In this document: piece after piece, positions 43,186-57,545 of the stretch
Numbering within the stretch: position 1 is the first letter of the stretch
Layout: each line of letters starts with the position of its first letter
NCBI GenBank assembly: GCA_012295275.1
Contig: CM022673.1
Span: 29,636,001 to 29,700,000 of the forward strand
Reading direction: 5' to 3'
DNA: 64,000 nucleotides
Source: Chrysomallon squamiferum
Lineage: Eukaryota; Animalia; Mollusca
The notes under the pieces: generated by a model
The model's database searches: none
Seen by the model: the letters and a program-made list of their open reading frames with translations, nothing else
Told to the model about the DNA's origin: nothing
Program-made: the position numbers and the translations under genes

Positions 43186-45235
43186 CTGTCAGAGGGCACT
43201 TCCAAAGCAAAAGAAACACAGACAGTAAACCGAAATAAAAGCAGCAACAAACGAGGAAAACAAAAATGTAATAATACTATTTTTCTCACATTTAATCATT
43301 TTTTTATTTTTTTTATTTTAGAACAATATGTTTTCGTTTTCCATACTGATATTTCTTACAAAACAACAAATTTCATCTATTTACTGGGGAAAAAGAGTCT
43401 GATAAATTAAAGATATTAAAAATTTTAATTGAAATCTTTCTTTTGTAACGTGATGTTTCCAAACCTTTACATCAGAAAAATATATCTTTTATATTTTTCT
43501 TTTTAAATTACTCTTTCGTTATTTTTTCTTTCTAAATTATATCAAATAATGCAATGTTCGTAATTTATATTTGCCGAGCTTTTTTCTTTCGTGTTGCTTG
43601 CATATTGTAAAATTGGACACAAAAATAACTTTTTCCATTTAGTGCATACAGGTCAGACAAATACTCTATTTCAATGTACATGTTTGTTCAACTAAAATAT
43701 ATAATCACAGAAAAAAGAAAAAAATATATATATAATTTTATTTTTTTATCTAAATTGTATGCATGTCTCAGTATATATAATGATAGAAAAGATTTATATA
43801 TACACACACATACATATTTGATGTTAACAGTAAGCATATCTCATTATACATAATTTGAAATATTAATGAAAGAAAAGATATACTTTTTAAATGAAGCAAA
43901 AATATATGCTTTGTTATTTGTACATTCAATTTTACAGTTAAGTTCTGTACTATTACATTATACGTTTCTACTTAATATTTGTCACATTTTTTATTATCTT
44001 TCATACCAGAGAATACTGAAAACATTTACAGTCTAATTAATATTCGGAAATATCAAAATCTATATTTTAAAAACGAAATATAAGAAAACATGATATTTTA
44101 CATATCGTTACTATAATGATTATGTTTAGATGATGGTTGACAACTTTCTATTGAACTTTTTAATGAACACACACACGCACATATACGAGAAACAGAAAGA
44201 GAGATACCGGATATTTCATTATCTCAGTAAAATGTCAGTTTATGTTTAAAAACTTAGCCAATCTTGGACAGAACCTGGGTTTTTTTTTTCTTTAATCTGC
44301 CCATTATACGCGTGCATGAACTTTTATTTCTGACCGGAGGCGCCAGCCAGGGTGGCCTACACTTGATGTCCTGATTATTTTCCGTCATCTGCAGCCATTG
44401 ATGTTTCGTCCACGTTCGTTTTGATCTCACTTTGGACAAACAGCGACGCTTGTCATTGATGCATGGCCGTGTTCATGCATGTTGCCGCCCACACGCGTTC
44501 ACGGTGCAGTATTAAAAGCGAGATTGTTGACGCACAAAGCAGTTTTATGACGCTGTTTGATCGTAAAAGGATTGCTGCATGCCGCTTGCCAAACTGGCAA
44601 CTGCCTGGAAATGGCCAAATTAGCCACACTGACAACTAATCTCGTTATTAATATCACTCACAGCTCAGTCAGATTTTTTGTTATCGAACATTCGAGTATT
44701 TTGTTACGTCAGATACGTAAACACTGTCTATTTAATGAAAAATTTAAAAAAAATGAAAATACAAATTTTAATCGAGTTCTTAGGGTTACGTTTCGAATTA
44801 AAACTTTCCGGACAGAAATCTATTTCATGAATTTCAGAATACTTCCGGACAAATTTGTTTTATGTATGTTTGTGTGTCTGTGTGTAAAAAAATATTCACG
44901 AGTACTCTCTATTTCCGAATGCAAGATTATAAATATGAGATGTGTTCTATTAAAATAAAAATGTGGTAATATTATCGGTGAAAATATCCAGTCTACGCGA
45001 TCAAAAACTATTTTCAGTCTCGTTTCAAATAATTAAAATATATGTTGTGGAATTTTTTCACAATTTTCGTTTTTTCTGAAATTAATGAAATAAATTTCAG
45101 TCCTGAAACACAGACAACTTTAATTCGTAAGATAACTCTACTCACGTTTCTGTGAGGTTGTGAGGTTGTGAGGTTGTGTTATCAATGTCCTGCCAGAAAC
45201 TGATTTCATTAAATGCAGCCTAACTGCAGATACTT

Positions 45236-45433
45236 TGTTTTAAAATGGCTCTGAATTTGTAGTACTCCATTATCAGCTACAAAGACAGACGCTAAAAACA
45301 AAATTTCACGAACTTCACGAAAATGTATAAAGAAAAAAAACATCTCGTGAAATTCGTAAAATTCGTGAGGTTTTGTTTTTTAGTGTTAGTAGCTGATAAT
45401 ACAACACTACAAATGCACAGTCATTTTAAAACA
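45236..45433. mobile_element. ~200-bp imperfect palindrome (fold-back/MITE)
   Basis: Left arm tgttttaaaatggctctgaatttgtagt..attatcagctac..taaaaacaaaatttcacgaa pairs with right arm ttcgtgaggttttgtttttta..gtagctgataat..actacaaatgcacagtcattttaaaaca. Confidence 0.75.
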
Positions 45434-45734
45434 TAAATATATATAAACACACATTTCTGCGAGTTCGTATGGTTTTTTTTTTATTATCAGTAAAAATGTA
45501 TTGTGTTTTTTAACCCTGAATTCCAATAATCTATACTTGTTTTATCAACGCTACATGAACTTGTTTAGGTGATAGATGTCTGTTGGGTTATAAGATTACA
45601 CTATCAGTTACAAATTATTACAGTGAATACTGATCAGAACTATGTTAATATCAAGAAATCGAAAACATAATATGTATGCATATGCATGTGTGTGTGGAGA
45701 ACCCTATATTTAAATGTTGTGAGACATTTTTTAT

Positions 45735-45772
<38 letters not shown>

Positions 45773-46298
45773 ATTTAGATTTGGGGTTTTGTTTATTGGG
45801 CGAGTCTTCTTCTTCATAATGATATTTTTAAAGTATTAATTTTTTTGTATTTCTTCTAAGACAAATTTTAATTTTGTTTTCTTTCAGAACGCAGATGAAT
45901 TCTGGGATAGCTTGCTAAGGCGAAGGTCAGCTGACCATCAATGACGAGCCACGTGACTCCAGTCTGCGGGTTGCAGGTGTCAGTCAGCAGTGTACCTGGA
46001 TGATAACAAATCATTAACGCCTTAATTAACTTTCCATTGACGTCACTAAGTAATAATCTACTGTTTTGTAACACTGAGTAATTAGCGTGTATCAGGTGAT
46101 GAGTCGTTTATAAAGAACTGAATATAAAATTTGCAATATAGTTTGCGTTTTTCTTTTATAAATTATATAAATGTGTTTGTTTTTGCTGTTAGACGGGTTA
46201 ATTGCTTCATACAGTTTGCTATATTCACATCGAATTAAAGAAATGAGAAACAACAATCCCGCATAAGCTGTTCTTTTTGTAGTTGTATTAAATAGTAG

Positions 46299-46399
<101 letters not shown>

Positions 46400-48787
46400 C
46401 TTCACCTCAGGACATATTATCAGTCTCAGATGACTTATGGTTAAACAGTCGGCTTTACGGTTTACAGGTTCATGGATCAAATCACAGTTCAGGCTTCCAG
46501 TTCAAAGCTAACTGTGGAGGTGTAACATCTTAATACACTTTCATCACATTAAAACTGTCTTTAACAGACAGATCCCTACATTACATTTCAAGACAGACAA
46601 AGGCAACTTTCAAATATTTAACATATAAAAGTGTGTTGTACGCATCATCCAGACAGAAAACTAAGAGTTATGAAAAGTATCGTTATCATATTTGACTCTG
46701 CAAACTCGTGAATATATATTTAAACAGCTTTAAATTTCGTGTCTTAATTCAGTCAGAAATTGTTAAGAGTCCAAGAACTATATAAGAGAATAATAAAATA
46801 TTGTACATCTGTTTATCGCGCTACTGGCTGCAAGATGAACAAGAAAGAAAACAAATCTCAAATATACACAAAAACTCTGAAACGCAAATGCATGATGAAA
46901 TATAAGCTACAGAACTTGTAACCCTTATGTATGTTGTTTGTTGGAATAGTACTTCTTATACTAGTTGATTGTGAAAGATATTAGTTTTGGGTGAAAAAAA
47001 AAAATGTAGAGACGAAAAGTAGGAAAATCTTGAGAAAAGTTTGTCTGTTGAATTATATTGTGTGATCCAGACACGAAGTGCGGCGAATGAAACTGGAACA
47101 GATTAAGTAAAACATAATTATAATTACCAGCGTGCAAACAGACATCATTTTAAAACATACATTTCTACAGCTATCACATAATTAACACCTTGCTTCTGTT
47201 AAAGTAGTGTCGGTTTGTCATTGTAAAGAAGCAGTGTATATTAAAAAAAACAGTGTAGTGTTTAATATGATTAATACAGACGTTAGTCAGAGGTATAAGA
47301 ATAGGATTATTCTTTCAAATTTTTTTTTATAAAAAACAACAACAAAAAAACTAACAAAAAAGACAAACGAAACAAATAATAATAATAAAAATAAATAAAT
47401 AATTTCAAAAAAAATATTCTCTATTGACAAACACTTGTCGTATAAATAAACTGTAGACATAAAACTAGCCAGCACTGCTTGTACTAGGAGTCTCTGCTAT
47501 TTGTTTGTTGTTGTTTTTTTCTCTATAAATCTTACAAATTGGAGCTGACTGGGCGAATTAAAGCAAGCTGGTTTAACTAATCCATTGTGACTGTGTTAGT
47601 AATTGTTTTTATTACGTTTCCACGGCGAACGGGACGGCAGGGGCGAGTTAGAATGGTTCACACGTCCACACCAGACGTTGTCACCGCTTGATTCGATTAC
47701 AGCACTCACTCGCGAAGTCAAACTGCTTTCTAACGAAATCAGCGAGAACGGCTTCAGAAAACAGATTTATAATATTAACCCAATTGATTGCGGGTGGGGT
47801 TTTTCCCGCTGTTTTATTTATTTATTTATGTTTGTTTTTTGTTTTTTTTTTCTTTATTTGTTTGCTTGTTTATTGGTTGAGTGATTGATTTATTGATTGA
47901 TTTTTTTTTTTATTACTGATTATTGCTATTTTGGTCTGGTCGTTGTCATTGTTGTTGTTGTTATCATTATTATTATTATTTATCTTAGGTCAATTCAGGT
48001 CCATATGTTAGAGGATTATGTGTTATACCACGCCTTTTTTCCCTTTCTTCTAATTTTTTTCTTTATTTCTTAATTTAAAAAAATAATAATAAAATTAAAA
48101 AAATACAAATATTTTTGTTTATCATTTTTATTGTATCATTAGTAATTTATGTCCATGTGTGAAATATACGTATACGTATACATGTATATGCAAATTTCAT
48201 CCATTATATTTTCCTTCTCCTAAACTTTTTTATTATTTTATTTTATTCGTTTTCATATACTCATGCGCATGTAATTTATTCGTATGTATGGGTGATATAT
48301 AAAAACTGTCATTCAGGTTTCAACATTTTTTTCAATATATTTCTGTAATTTGTGTTTCGATGGATATAAAGCAATACAGATACTACAAAGATCAGTTTTC
48401 AACTACTCTGCCGCATGTTTATTGTTCTACTCAGTTTATCAAAGGATAAATGTGTTTTAAAAACAAAACAGTATTTTCTAGGGTAGGTTAAGTTACTGAT
48501 ATCCAGGCTTAAATGAAAAAGCAATGCTAAATATCAGAAAATCCGTATAATCGGATGTAATCTGGTTGACTTTTAACAATAATACAGCCATCTGCTGTTT
48601 GTGATTTATGTAATGTAATAAACTAATATGGTGATTAAGTTTTGAACAAACCAAGACAAGATTAACTCTGAAATACATGCAAATAATTTTCTGTGTCTCT
48701 GTGTGTGTGTGTGTAGCTTGCAGTTTTATGTTAGTTTGTTTGTGTGTATGTTGGTGTGTGTGTGTGTGTGTATCTGTGTTTTCTGAT

Positions 48788-48990
48788 TGTGTTGGAGTAT
48801 GTGTCTGTGTGTCTGTTTTCTGTTTGTGTTGGAGTATGTCTGTGTGTCTGTGTTTTGTGTTTGTGTTGGAGTATGTGTCTGTGTGTCTGTGTTTTGTGTT
48901 TGTGTTGGAGTATGTGTCTGTGTGTCTGTGTTTTGTGTTTGTGTTGGAGTATGTGTCTGTGTGTCTGTTTTGTGTTTGTGTGGGAGTATC
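48788..48990. repeat. 39-bp GT-rich minisatellite
   Basis: Unit gtgttggagtatgtgtctgtgtgtctgtgttttgtgttt, about 5 copies. Confidence 0.9.
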
Positions 48991-50910
48991 TTTCAGTTTC
49001 TATATATAAAATATTTCTAAAACTGTTACGTTTAACGTTCAACTGCGACGTTTCTTAAAACACGTGCCAAATAATTATCAAAAACTTGGCAGCCAAAATG
49101 TGTCTTCTAGACTTGGCTTCGGTGGTATCCATACCAACGTAGATAATTAGACGATTGATCAACTTTATTCTAAGGACTTACAACATCAAACATGGAGTAC
49201 ACACCCAATATTGATATCCGTATTAAATGTGAATGCTTGAATGTCAGTCTTCCCTGCTTGATTCCTTCATCTTTATCGACAATATTTTTAAAACAGACAC
49301 ACATACTAACAACCGAACAACACAAAGGAGTCAGAACATGATATTTGTAATCCCTTTAGGTTCTAAAGTTTTGCCAGTGTCATATTAATTAGAAAAATAA
49401 TAAGAAGGAAAAACATATTCTTAATTTCAGTTTGCTGCGGATCGATTGATTTTCTTAGGTTTTGCAGCTCACGTTGAAATGTTTAACTAGAAGTGGACAA
49501 ACAAAAACAAGAAGATAGATATTTGCTAAGAAAACATTGTGGACATGCACGAATAAAGACTGATTAAAACAAGAAATAACAACTAGTTTTTCTCGTGTTG
49601 ACCGAAATGCAGATGATCTATAATAATGTTTATTTACTGTAAATGTGTGTGTGTGTGTATGTGAGAGGGTCTATTGTGTCTTGAATACAAATCAAAATAG
49701 TGTATTTCAACCTGACAGCGCGGGTTGCGTGTTCGTGTGCACGTGCTTGTGTAATTATTAATATTTTCGAAATCAGAATAAAGTGTGTGTGTGTGTGTGT
49801 GTGTTTTGAGTAACAAGTATTTCAAAAATAAATAAATAAAAATTAAAAAGTTGGGTAAAAAATGTTTTAAATAGCTCAAAAATGTTAAATTTCTTTTGTA
49901 TTATAATTTATATGTAATTAAGTCTAATTTCTGGCCATTCTGAATGACGAAATGGCGGTTCATATCTAGATGATGAACGAAACTGACAATGCTGACGTCA
50001 TGAACGTATCTTGACTAATTTGTTCACGAAAATTAAACGTATTATCCTGATAACGAAAATGACTTTGACATATAACTAAATCACAAAGGCGCTTTACACG
50101 TGATGTAATACTGACAGATACTTATATCCTTAATTAATATGAAAATCCTGTAATGAAAAATCGGACTAATGAAATATTTTACTAAACTGAGTAACATTCT
50201 GTGACCTGTTTATCCGGGCAAAGCTGTAGACCAGGTGAGGTATTTCTTAATAATCTGTCATTCACAAATCAGGTGAACTTATAAATTATACACTGTTATT
50301 TCTTCATTAATAGTAAACATTACCATCAGACATTAAATACAATACTGGTGTGAAGTTATCAGCTGAAAGTTAATCTAAAAAAAATGCATGTTAGAGAATG
50401 AAATAAACATGTTGATGGATGGATGGAGAGAGAGAGCAGATGAGTGAGACAGACAGACAGACAGACAGAGAGACAGATAGACAGAGAGACAGAGAAAAAA
50501 GAGGCAGAGAAACAGAGAGACCTATCAAGTACTGTAATATAATACATATAAATCATATTATTAGTAGTATTTTAGGTGTGCCTAAAATAACACCTATACC
50601 TGACTATTATCTAATTACGTTTTGTAATGTTTTCTACATAAACTGATAATTTAAATCTGCAAAACAATGCTTATGCTAATAAAATTAACGGTTATTATTT
50701 CTCAGTTACTTAACTTCATGATATTGATATGTTGAGTGATAGATATTTCAAACATGACCAGCTATTTTCAGTTTTTCATTTGATGGTTATCGCTAAACTG
50801 TCATTTAATACTGTGTCAAAAAAACCCCATCTTGGGACAAATACTACAATACTAAATTCATTATTCAGATCTGCTAGAGAAAATAATTTACACACATTGA
50901 AAACAGACAT

Positions 50911-51043
<133 letters not shown>

Positions 51044-51529
51044 ATACTGGTTATCGATCTCAAACGTTACATATATTCTCGACCTTTCGCACTGCTAGTA
51101 TTACAAAGAAAACATAAAGAAGACCTACACATTAAAAGTTTTATTGTTCACAAATATTTCAAAAATGATAACAGTATTTACACAATTAGTAAATACACGA
51201 GATTCTACGACTAAATACAATGACTTTATATATCTTACTTCGTTTTTTAATTGTCTTCTTTTCTTTATTTTTTGTAAAGATTAAAAGATAATATACTACA
51301 GTGCATTATGGTTTTTTTGACATTTGAAGTAATCGGTTCTGTATCATAATTTTGCGTCGAGTCCTGATATATATAAAAAATTTACTTGCATTATTATTAT
51401 TATTATTATTATATCATTTTATTATTATTATTATTATTATTATCATTTTATTATTTTTTTATTTTAAATTTGATATCTTTTAATTCTTTTTTATGTGTTA
51501 AGTTATTAATCAAATTATTTCTACAATGA

Positions 51530-51589
<60 letters not shown>

Positions 51590-52647
51590 CTCTGTCTCTC
51601 TTCATTCATTTCACAATCTTCTGAATATATGAACGAGGGACAACACTGATATGTTTCTTTTTATAATTATTTTACCGTTCATTTGTGTTGGCCCGACGTA
51701 TACTTTTTTTTTAATACACCCATACTGAAAACTGACCCAGACGGTGATTTATGTAAGTAAAAAGTGAGAAACACCACTTTTTACAACCGAGGCAACAAAA
51801 AAAAAAATAAACAGTAAAAAAGAAGAGGGAAGTACACGATATATTTCAATTATGTAAATTCACTACGTTCACCAGGCTGTCGTATGACGTATTACGCTTC
51901 CCGGATAACAGTTTTAACCTCAAAGGTTTTTGTGATTTTAACGAATACGGATCAGTAAACGTTACAAGTGAATATTAATTGCCGTATTATCGCTGGCCAC
52001 TTTCTCGTCAGCAACCATAACGACAACGTTCTTGATTAGCGCCGTCGTATTTCAGCGTTGAATAACGCGCGTGACATGTGTCAGGTGGTTTTGTTTCCGT
52101 GTACATTAACGCAGTGGTTTTAGAGAAGCTGGCAGGAAACTGAGTGATCGTTTCAATGCTCGGTTTTGTGAAACGCGACCTCCTCTTTCTGTGCAGTAAA
52201 TCTAACGTACGGCTGTTGCCAACGTTCGGCATCTTCCGTGTGTACGGAACATTACCGGAGGCAAAGCGAGTCAATGTTGACGTTTTCTGGACGATTTATT
52301 AAACGATGTCAACGAAACGCGGCCACGAGACAGACATCGATGATAAAAAAAAGTCACTAAAGCCTGAGCATTGATAACGAGCATTTCCAAATTTGAAATG
52401 TATATTGTTTATTTTTTTATTTTTTTATTTTATTTTTTATTTTTATTTTTATTTTTATTTTTATTTTTTTTTTTCATTCAGTCCAGATAGTTCTTGGTGA
52501 ATTGGTCTACAGGAGCTTTGTTTTATGCACATAGTTAATAGTGTGTAAATGGGTTCGTATGCACGTGTCTTTCTCTCCTCCTTGCTCTCGATATCACGGG
52601 TTCCACGATAACGCGGCAGTTACGTGTTTGCTGTTTAACAGGCGCAA

Positions 52648-52661
52648 CGCCCCCTGGTGGC
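52648..52661 (-). promoter_or_regulatory. CTCF core-motif match
   Basis: Minus strand GCCACCAGGGGGCG matches the bilaterian CTCF core consensus. Confidence 0.45.
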
Positions 52662-54072
52662 ACGTTTATTAATAGAAATGTGATGACAGAAAACGCATTG
52701 TTTTTTTAAGAAATGTCAAAATTTTGGTATTCAGTGCTTTGTTTAGTTATAAAATAACAGTATGATTTTACTGACACCCCATGTTTATAAATAGCCTCAG
52801 TACTTACAATACACGCATACAATTCAGCTCTGACAGCTTTCCGACTGTCGTCTGGTTGTTGACATCAAAAAAAATGATGCTATACACGGCCACAGTGTTA
52901 CTATATTTAGAACGCGCGACCTCTAGAAAAGTTTGGACACTTTTATGAACCATGCCCATATTTATTGACAACTGAAACAACACACAAAACTTTGAATATG
53001 TTGTTGTTGTTGGTTTCAATCGATAAATATTGATTATATAACTGTTGAATCTTACTAATATGATGAACAGTTCAAAAATTAATGTCAGTATGTAGTGTTT
53101 TACCTAGTTATTTGGCAAAGGGCATCGCAGACAAAGTATTTTGGGGGGCATTATCACCATTTTCAGGGTACCTTTTTATTGTTTTTTTGTTGTTTTGTTG
53201 TTGTTGTTTTTTTGTATTTAAAGACTACAAAATAAATTGAAATAAACATGAATGTAATTAATGTTTTTAATTTAATAAATGCTTTAATAAATCGTTTTAT
53301 AATATATATATAATATATAGTTTTATTAAATTAATAATAAATTTTTTTGAGTGTTTCATCAAGGCAATTTTAGAATTTATGAAAAAGGCTTGTTTAATCG
53401 TAGGACAGGCTGGTGCTCGTTAAGGCAAGATGGTGCTAGACTGTTGAGACATGGTGCTGCACCAATTTAACCAAGATAGGAAAATTAAGTATGAAATATT
53501 TTGACCATAGTTTTTCTACTGAAACTATAAAATAAAAGGTTTCGCTTTTTCTTATGTTAAATATGTTATTGAAAACCGAAACATTCTTCGTTCTTGTGTT
53601 GATTGTTTACTAGACATTATTACGAATGTACGTACAAAAAGAACAATTTTTGACCGGTACGGTCCACCATATTCTAATGTTTGCGATTTACCGCGATATC
53701 GTGGTAACCTCCCTTGAACGGAAGCCAGTGATATAGTGTACTTTCATCAACTGTTTTAATGTTTTAACTAAATTTAACTGTTAAGCCACTACTACGGGCA
53801 TGATGCAGATCTAGTAAAAATTACCTTCATATATGTAAGAATATTTCTGTATTTCTTCCAAACAGTTAAGTACCGCGATGTCATCGTACCCCAGCACAGA
53901 GGTCCCGTTTCAGTGTTTGACCTCTAGCAGTTGTTACGTATCTGTCGTCTAATCCATCGCGAGGTTTGTCTGGAAGTCAAGTTTATTTTGTGGCTTGTAT
54001 ATAGGGTCAATGTATCGATCTTCAACTATATACAGGGTAGAGGGATTTTTTCCTACGAAATTTTTGACATTC

Positions 54073-54420
54073 GCGCATGCGCTGTTATTCCTTGCCAAGT
54101 CATGAATACTGTAATTAACTAGTGCACTGTTTTAATGACGGACGAACGTTTCATCATTGATTGTCCTTGTTCTTGATAGGAAAAACTTTAAAACAATTTA
54201 CTGGTTAAATACAATATTCATGACCTGCAATGACTAAGTGCGCATGCTCGAATGTCAAAAAGCTCATAAGAAAAAGAAAATCTGGCTAGCCGCGGCACCA
54301 GTGACAGACGTAAAGTTGAAGCAGAGTCGTACGTCGACGACTGGGTTATTTATTTCTCTCAAGCACTTCGGCTTCCTTCGAGTTCTGAGCATTTCTCCTG
54401 CGAAGAAGCAAAAACGGGTT
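54073..54420. promoter_or_regulatory. Possible housekeeping-type promoter (NRF1-like motifs, CpG-enriched)
   Basis: GCGCATGCGC at 54073-54082 and TGCGCATGCTC at 54239-54249, next to a CpG-rich stretch at 54285-54420. Confidence 0.3.
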
Positions 54421-54711
54421 TATTTTATTAATGCCTGAGAATAATAATTTAAACCAAAATTGAGTGGTTTTATAATCGTAAGAATTTTTTTTTACTTTTT
54501 TGTTTAATGTTTTTTATTATTTATTTATTTATTTATTTATTTATTATTTTTTTTTTTGCCAGATTTATCGATCTTTTAATGATCTTACTGACAAACGTTT
54601 GTCATTTTGGAAGAGGATTTATTTATAATAAATCATCTTTTTTCTTTTTATTTCTTTTTATTATTTATAATGATGAAAACCATCTTTTTATTTATTTTTC
54701 ATTATTATTTT

Positions 54712-54761
<50 letters not shown>

Positions 54762-56009
54762 AAATAATAATTCCAGAAGCATCTAGAGATCTTGCGGGGG
54801 GGGGGAAATAAATAAATAAATAAATAAAATGCTTGGTAACAAAGAGAAAGAAGAACAAAAAAAAATCAACAACTACGAAATAACAGGAACAACAATAATA
54901 AAGATACAATGTTAACATATATTTATTTCTTTAGCATAGAAAAAGTAAATAAATAGTTTTTCTTCTTAAAACAAATTTATGTGGAATAAAACATTTTAAA
55001 ATTTTCATTTTCTCTGTTTTAATTATTACTACTACTATTATTTATTTACTTGTTTGTTTGTTTGTTTGTTTATTTGTTTGTTTGTTTGTTTTATTTTAAA
55101 GTTGTATATTTCTTTCTTTTTTTTTCTTTCAAATTCGACAATGTAAAGTGACACAATAAAATACAAGCAAAGATTTCAGTACGGCAACCACGTTTGACCA
55201 TGTGCCCTCTGACGTCATGACCACGTGATCACTCCACAGCGATGGCACAGTTTTTAAATGTTTTAAACGTAGTGTCATGGAGGCACCTGTATGTGATCTG
55301 TTTGCCGTAGTACATTCCACATATTTCACAGATCTCGACAAAGCGTTCCACCTGGTAGCCGCTGGGAATTCTGTGAAGAAAAGCAAGGATAAATATCAAG
55401 CAGCAGTGCAAAACCAAACAGATTAATACTTTTTTAATAATAAAATATAACTGTTACAAAACTTTGTGATGTGGGTTTTTTATGTAGGTCACACAATAAT
55501 AAAAGTAATAAAATAGTTTGTCGCAAATGCTTCACATTAAAAACTATGACTGTAATCTAAATCAGTGGTTCCCGGCCTGTTTAGATCAAAGCCCAATGTC
55601 AACCCCTCAAGTCCACATTCCAACACGAGCTTGTTGGATTATAGCACACGTTTATAGTGTATCATAGGATACGTCTTTAGGATGGTACTACACCCGTCTG
55701 GCTGTATTTATTAATATAATTATATTTAATACATTTTATTTATTAATGCACTTATTTTGCACCTAAGATTTTTTGGCCATTGACATTCATGGGTTGAGAC
55801 AAAACATTGTTCTTATATATCATATTTAAATTGCCTTGTGTCCATTGGTCTAAATACATCTATAGTGATATGAAGAATTTCTATGAACTGAGCTAAACTT
55901 TATTTACAATCAGGCCGCAGTCTACATTAGGATATATTCATACAAAATTTAATATAATTGTAACAAGTGTAACAAGATGGTGGATTAACAATAATGTACG
56001 TAATAAGAA

Positions 56010-56080
56010 GTATCAGTGACAGAGTACCAGTGTTGTAAATACTGATCTGTTAGCCTTGAGTTAACACATGATTCTAACAC
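56010..56080 (-). mobile_element. LINE 3' region fragment, same family as 12808-13200
   Basis: Reverse complement of 12808-12878 with few mismatches; same strand as, and downstream of, the RT fragment. Confidence 0.75.
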
Positions 56081-56259
56081 GGAGGCACTAGAGATAACAT
56101 TACACTCTGAAAACCACATATATCTACAAACAGCATCATCGAGAATAGATTTAACATGTAATACCTATTTGTGATTGAAACTGTTATTGTTAACGTCATT
56201 CAGTAAACGTTTGTACACTAGTAATGATAATTTAGACTGATTTCCTGTCTAAAATAATG

Positions 56260-56640
56260 TCCAGGTCGGATACATTTGACCGATAATCAGTTTCAAAAGT
56301 AAAGTGCACAAATGTGCCAAATGTGGCTGAAACTGAAGTGAAGCAGTGTCTGTCAACAGTTCGGCTGAGACCTGCAACTTCTCGAGATACGCCGCGAATT
56401 TTGATTCAGCAACGGCAAGCTGTTCTTTCACAACAAGCTGTTGCTCATCTTCCGAAATACACATCTACTCAAACAGTGACTGAGAGAAAACGGAAGTTGG
56501 TTGGTGAACCTGTGCTAATCCAAGAACTGTCAGAGAAATCTCGACATTCCAGAAATGCTGAAAAAAACTGAGAGGAGACAAATTTCTGCTACATCACTCC
56601 TGTACAGATGACCCTGAATAATTCTTCGTCTTTGGAACTA
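56260..56640 (+). mobile_element. Mutator-like (FLYWCH/MULE) transposase fragment
   Basis: RIHLTDNQ../PNVAETEVKQCLSTVRLR..DTPRILIQ..LSQQAVAHLPKYTSTQTVTERKRK../GDKFLLHHSCTDDPE*FFVFGT resembles the FLYWCH-to-MULE linker ('LP...S..R.I.RKR', 'GE.FLL.DSG..D..R..IF.T'). Confidence 0.7.
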
Positions 56641-56769
56641 ATGTTTCTTAATTAACAATTAAAATAATAATAACAAATGTTTTATTGTCGGCGCGCTTTT
56701 GTCTTGCGCGCTTATGTTGTCCCACCTTACAATTTGTACCATTTTGAATTAATATTCCCCAAAGTGAGA

Positions 56770-57215
56770 TTCTCCATACTGAAATCTATAAACGTACAAA
56801 AAAGTTTTTTCTTTCATGCTTTTATCAGTTCAGTTAAGCAGTGTAAAAATGTGGTCATCTGTACAATAATCCTTCCTAAATCCTGCTTGAACTTCAGATA
56901 GTATATCATTTGTTTCAAGGTAGAAATTTAGTATATTATTTAACACAGCGGTAATGAGTGTCCTGAGGCAGCTAAGTAATGTAATAGGTCTATAGTTTTC
57001 TGGACTATTTTTATCACCACTTTTATAAATTGGCGTGATTAGTCAGGGAAGATATCCTTTTCAAACATTAAATTAAAAAGTTTGACGTATACATGTATCA
57101 TACAATCAACAGCTGGCTTAATATATTCTTTAATTATATTGTCTGAAACCAAAGATGTGTTGTTCTTGAGATATTTAACAACTGAAAGTATTTTACTTTC
57201 TAATATAGGACTATT
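56770..57215 (-). mobile_element. LINE reverse transcriptase fragment (pseudogenised)
   Basis: Minus strand reads ..VKLFNLMFEKDIFPD/ITPIYKSGDKNSPENYRPITLLSCLRTLITAVLNN..EVQAGFRKDYCTDDHIFTL../KKLFCTFIDFS: classic non-LTR RT domains 0-3 with frameshifts. Confidence 0.92.
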
Positions 57216-57496
57216 TAAAAACAAAAAAAATCGCATCTACACACTCAAAGTGAAGAACAAAATTTTATATGTAAACTGTACTTACTCTTTTATTTTTGAA
57301 GTCTGACGTCGTAATATCTTGAATGGGTCTCCCATGGTAACGGTACAGACGGAGATCAACAGAATGACGTATATACCGAATCGCGTCATGGTTGGAATAT
57401 CTTCGAAATCGCTTTTCTAGAAAAGAGAAAGTATTGGAACGGTACAGTAATATTTTATTTATATTTTTATAAAATTACTATTACTACTACTACTAC

Positions 57497-57545
<49 letters not shown>

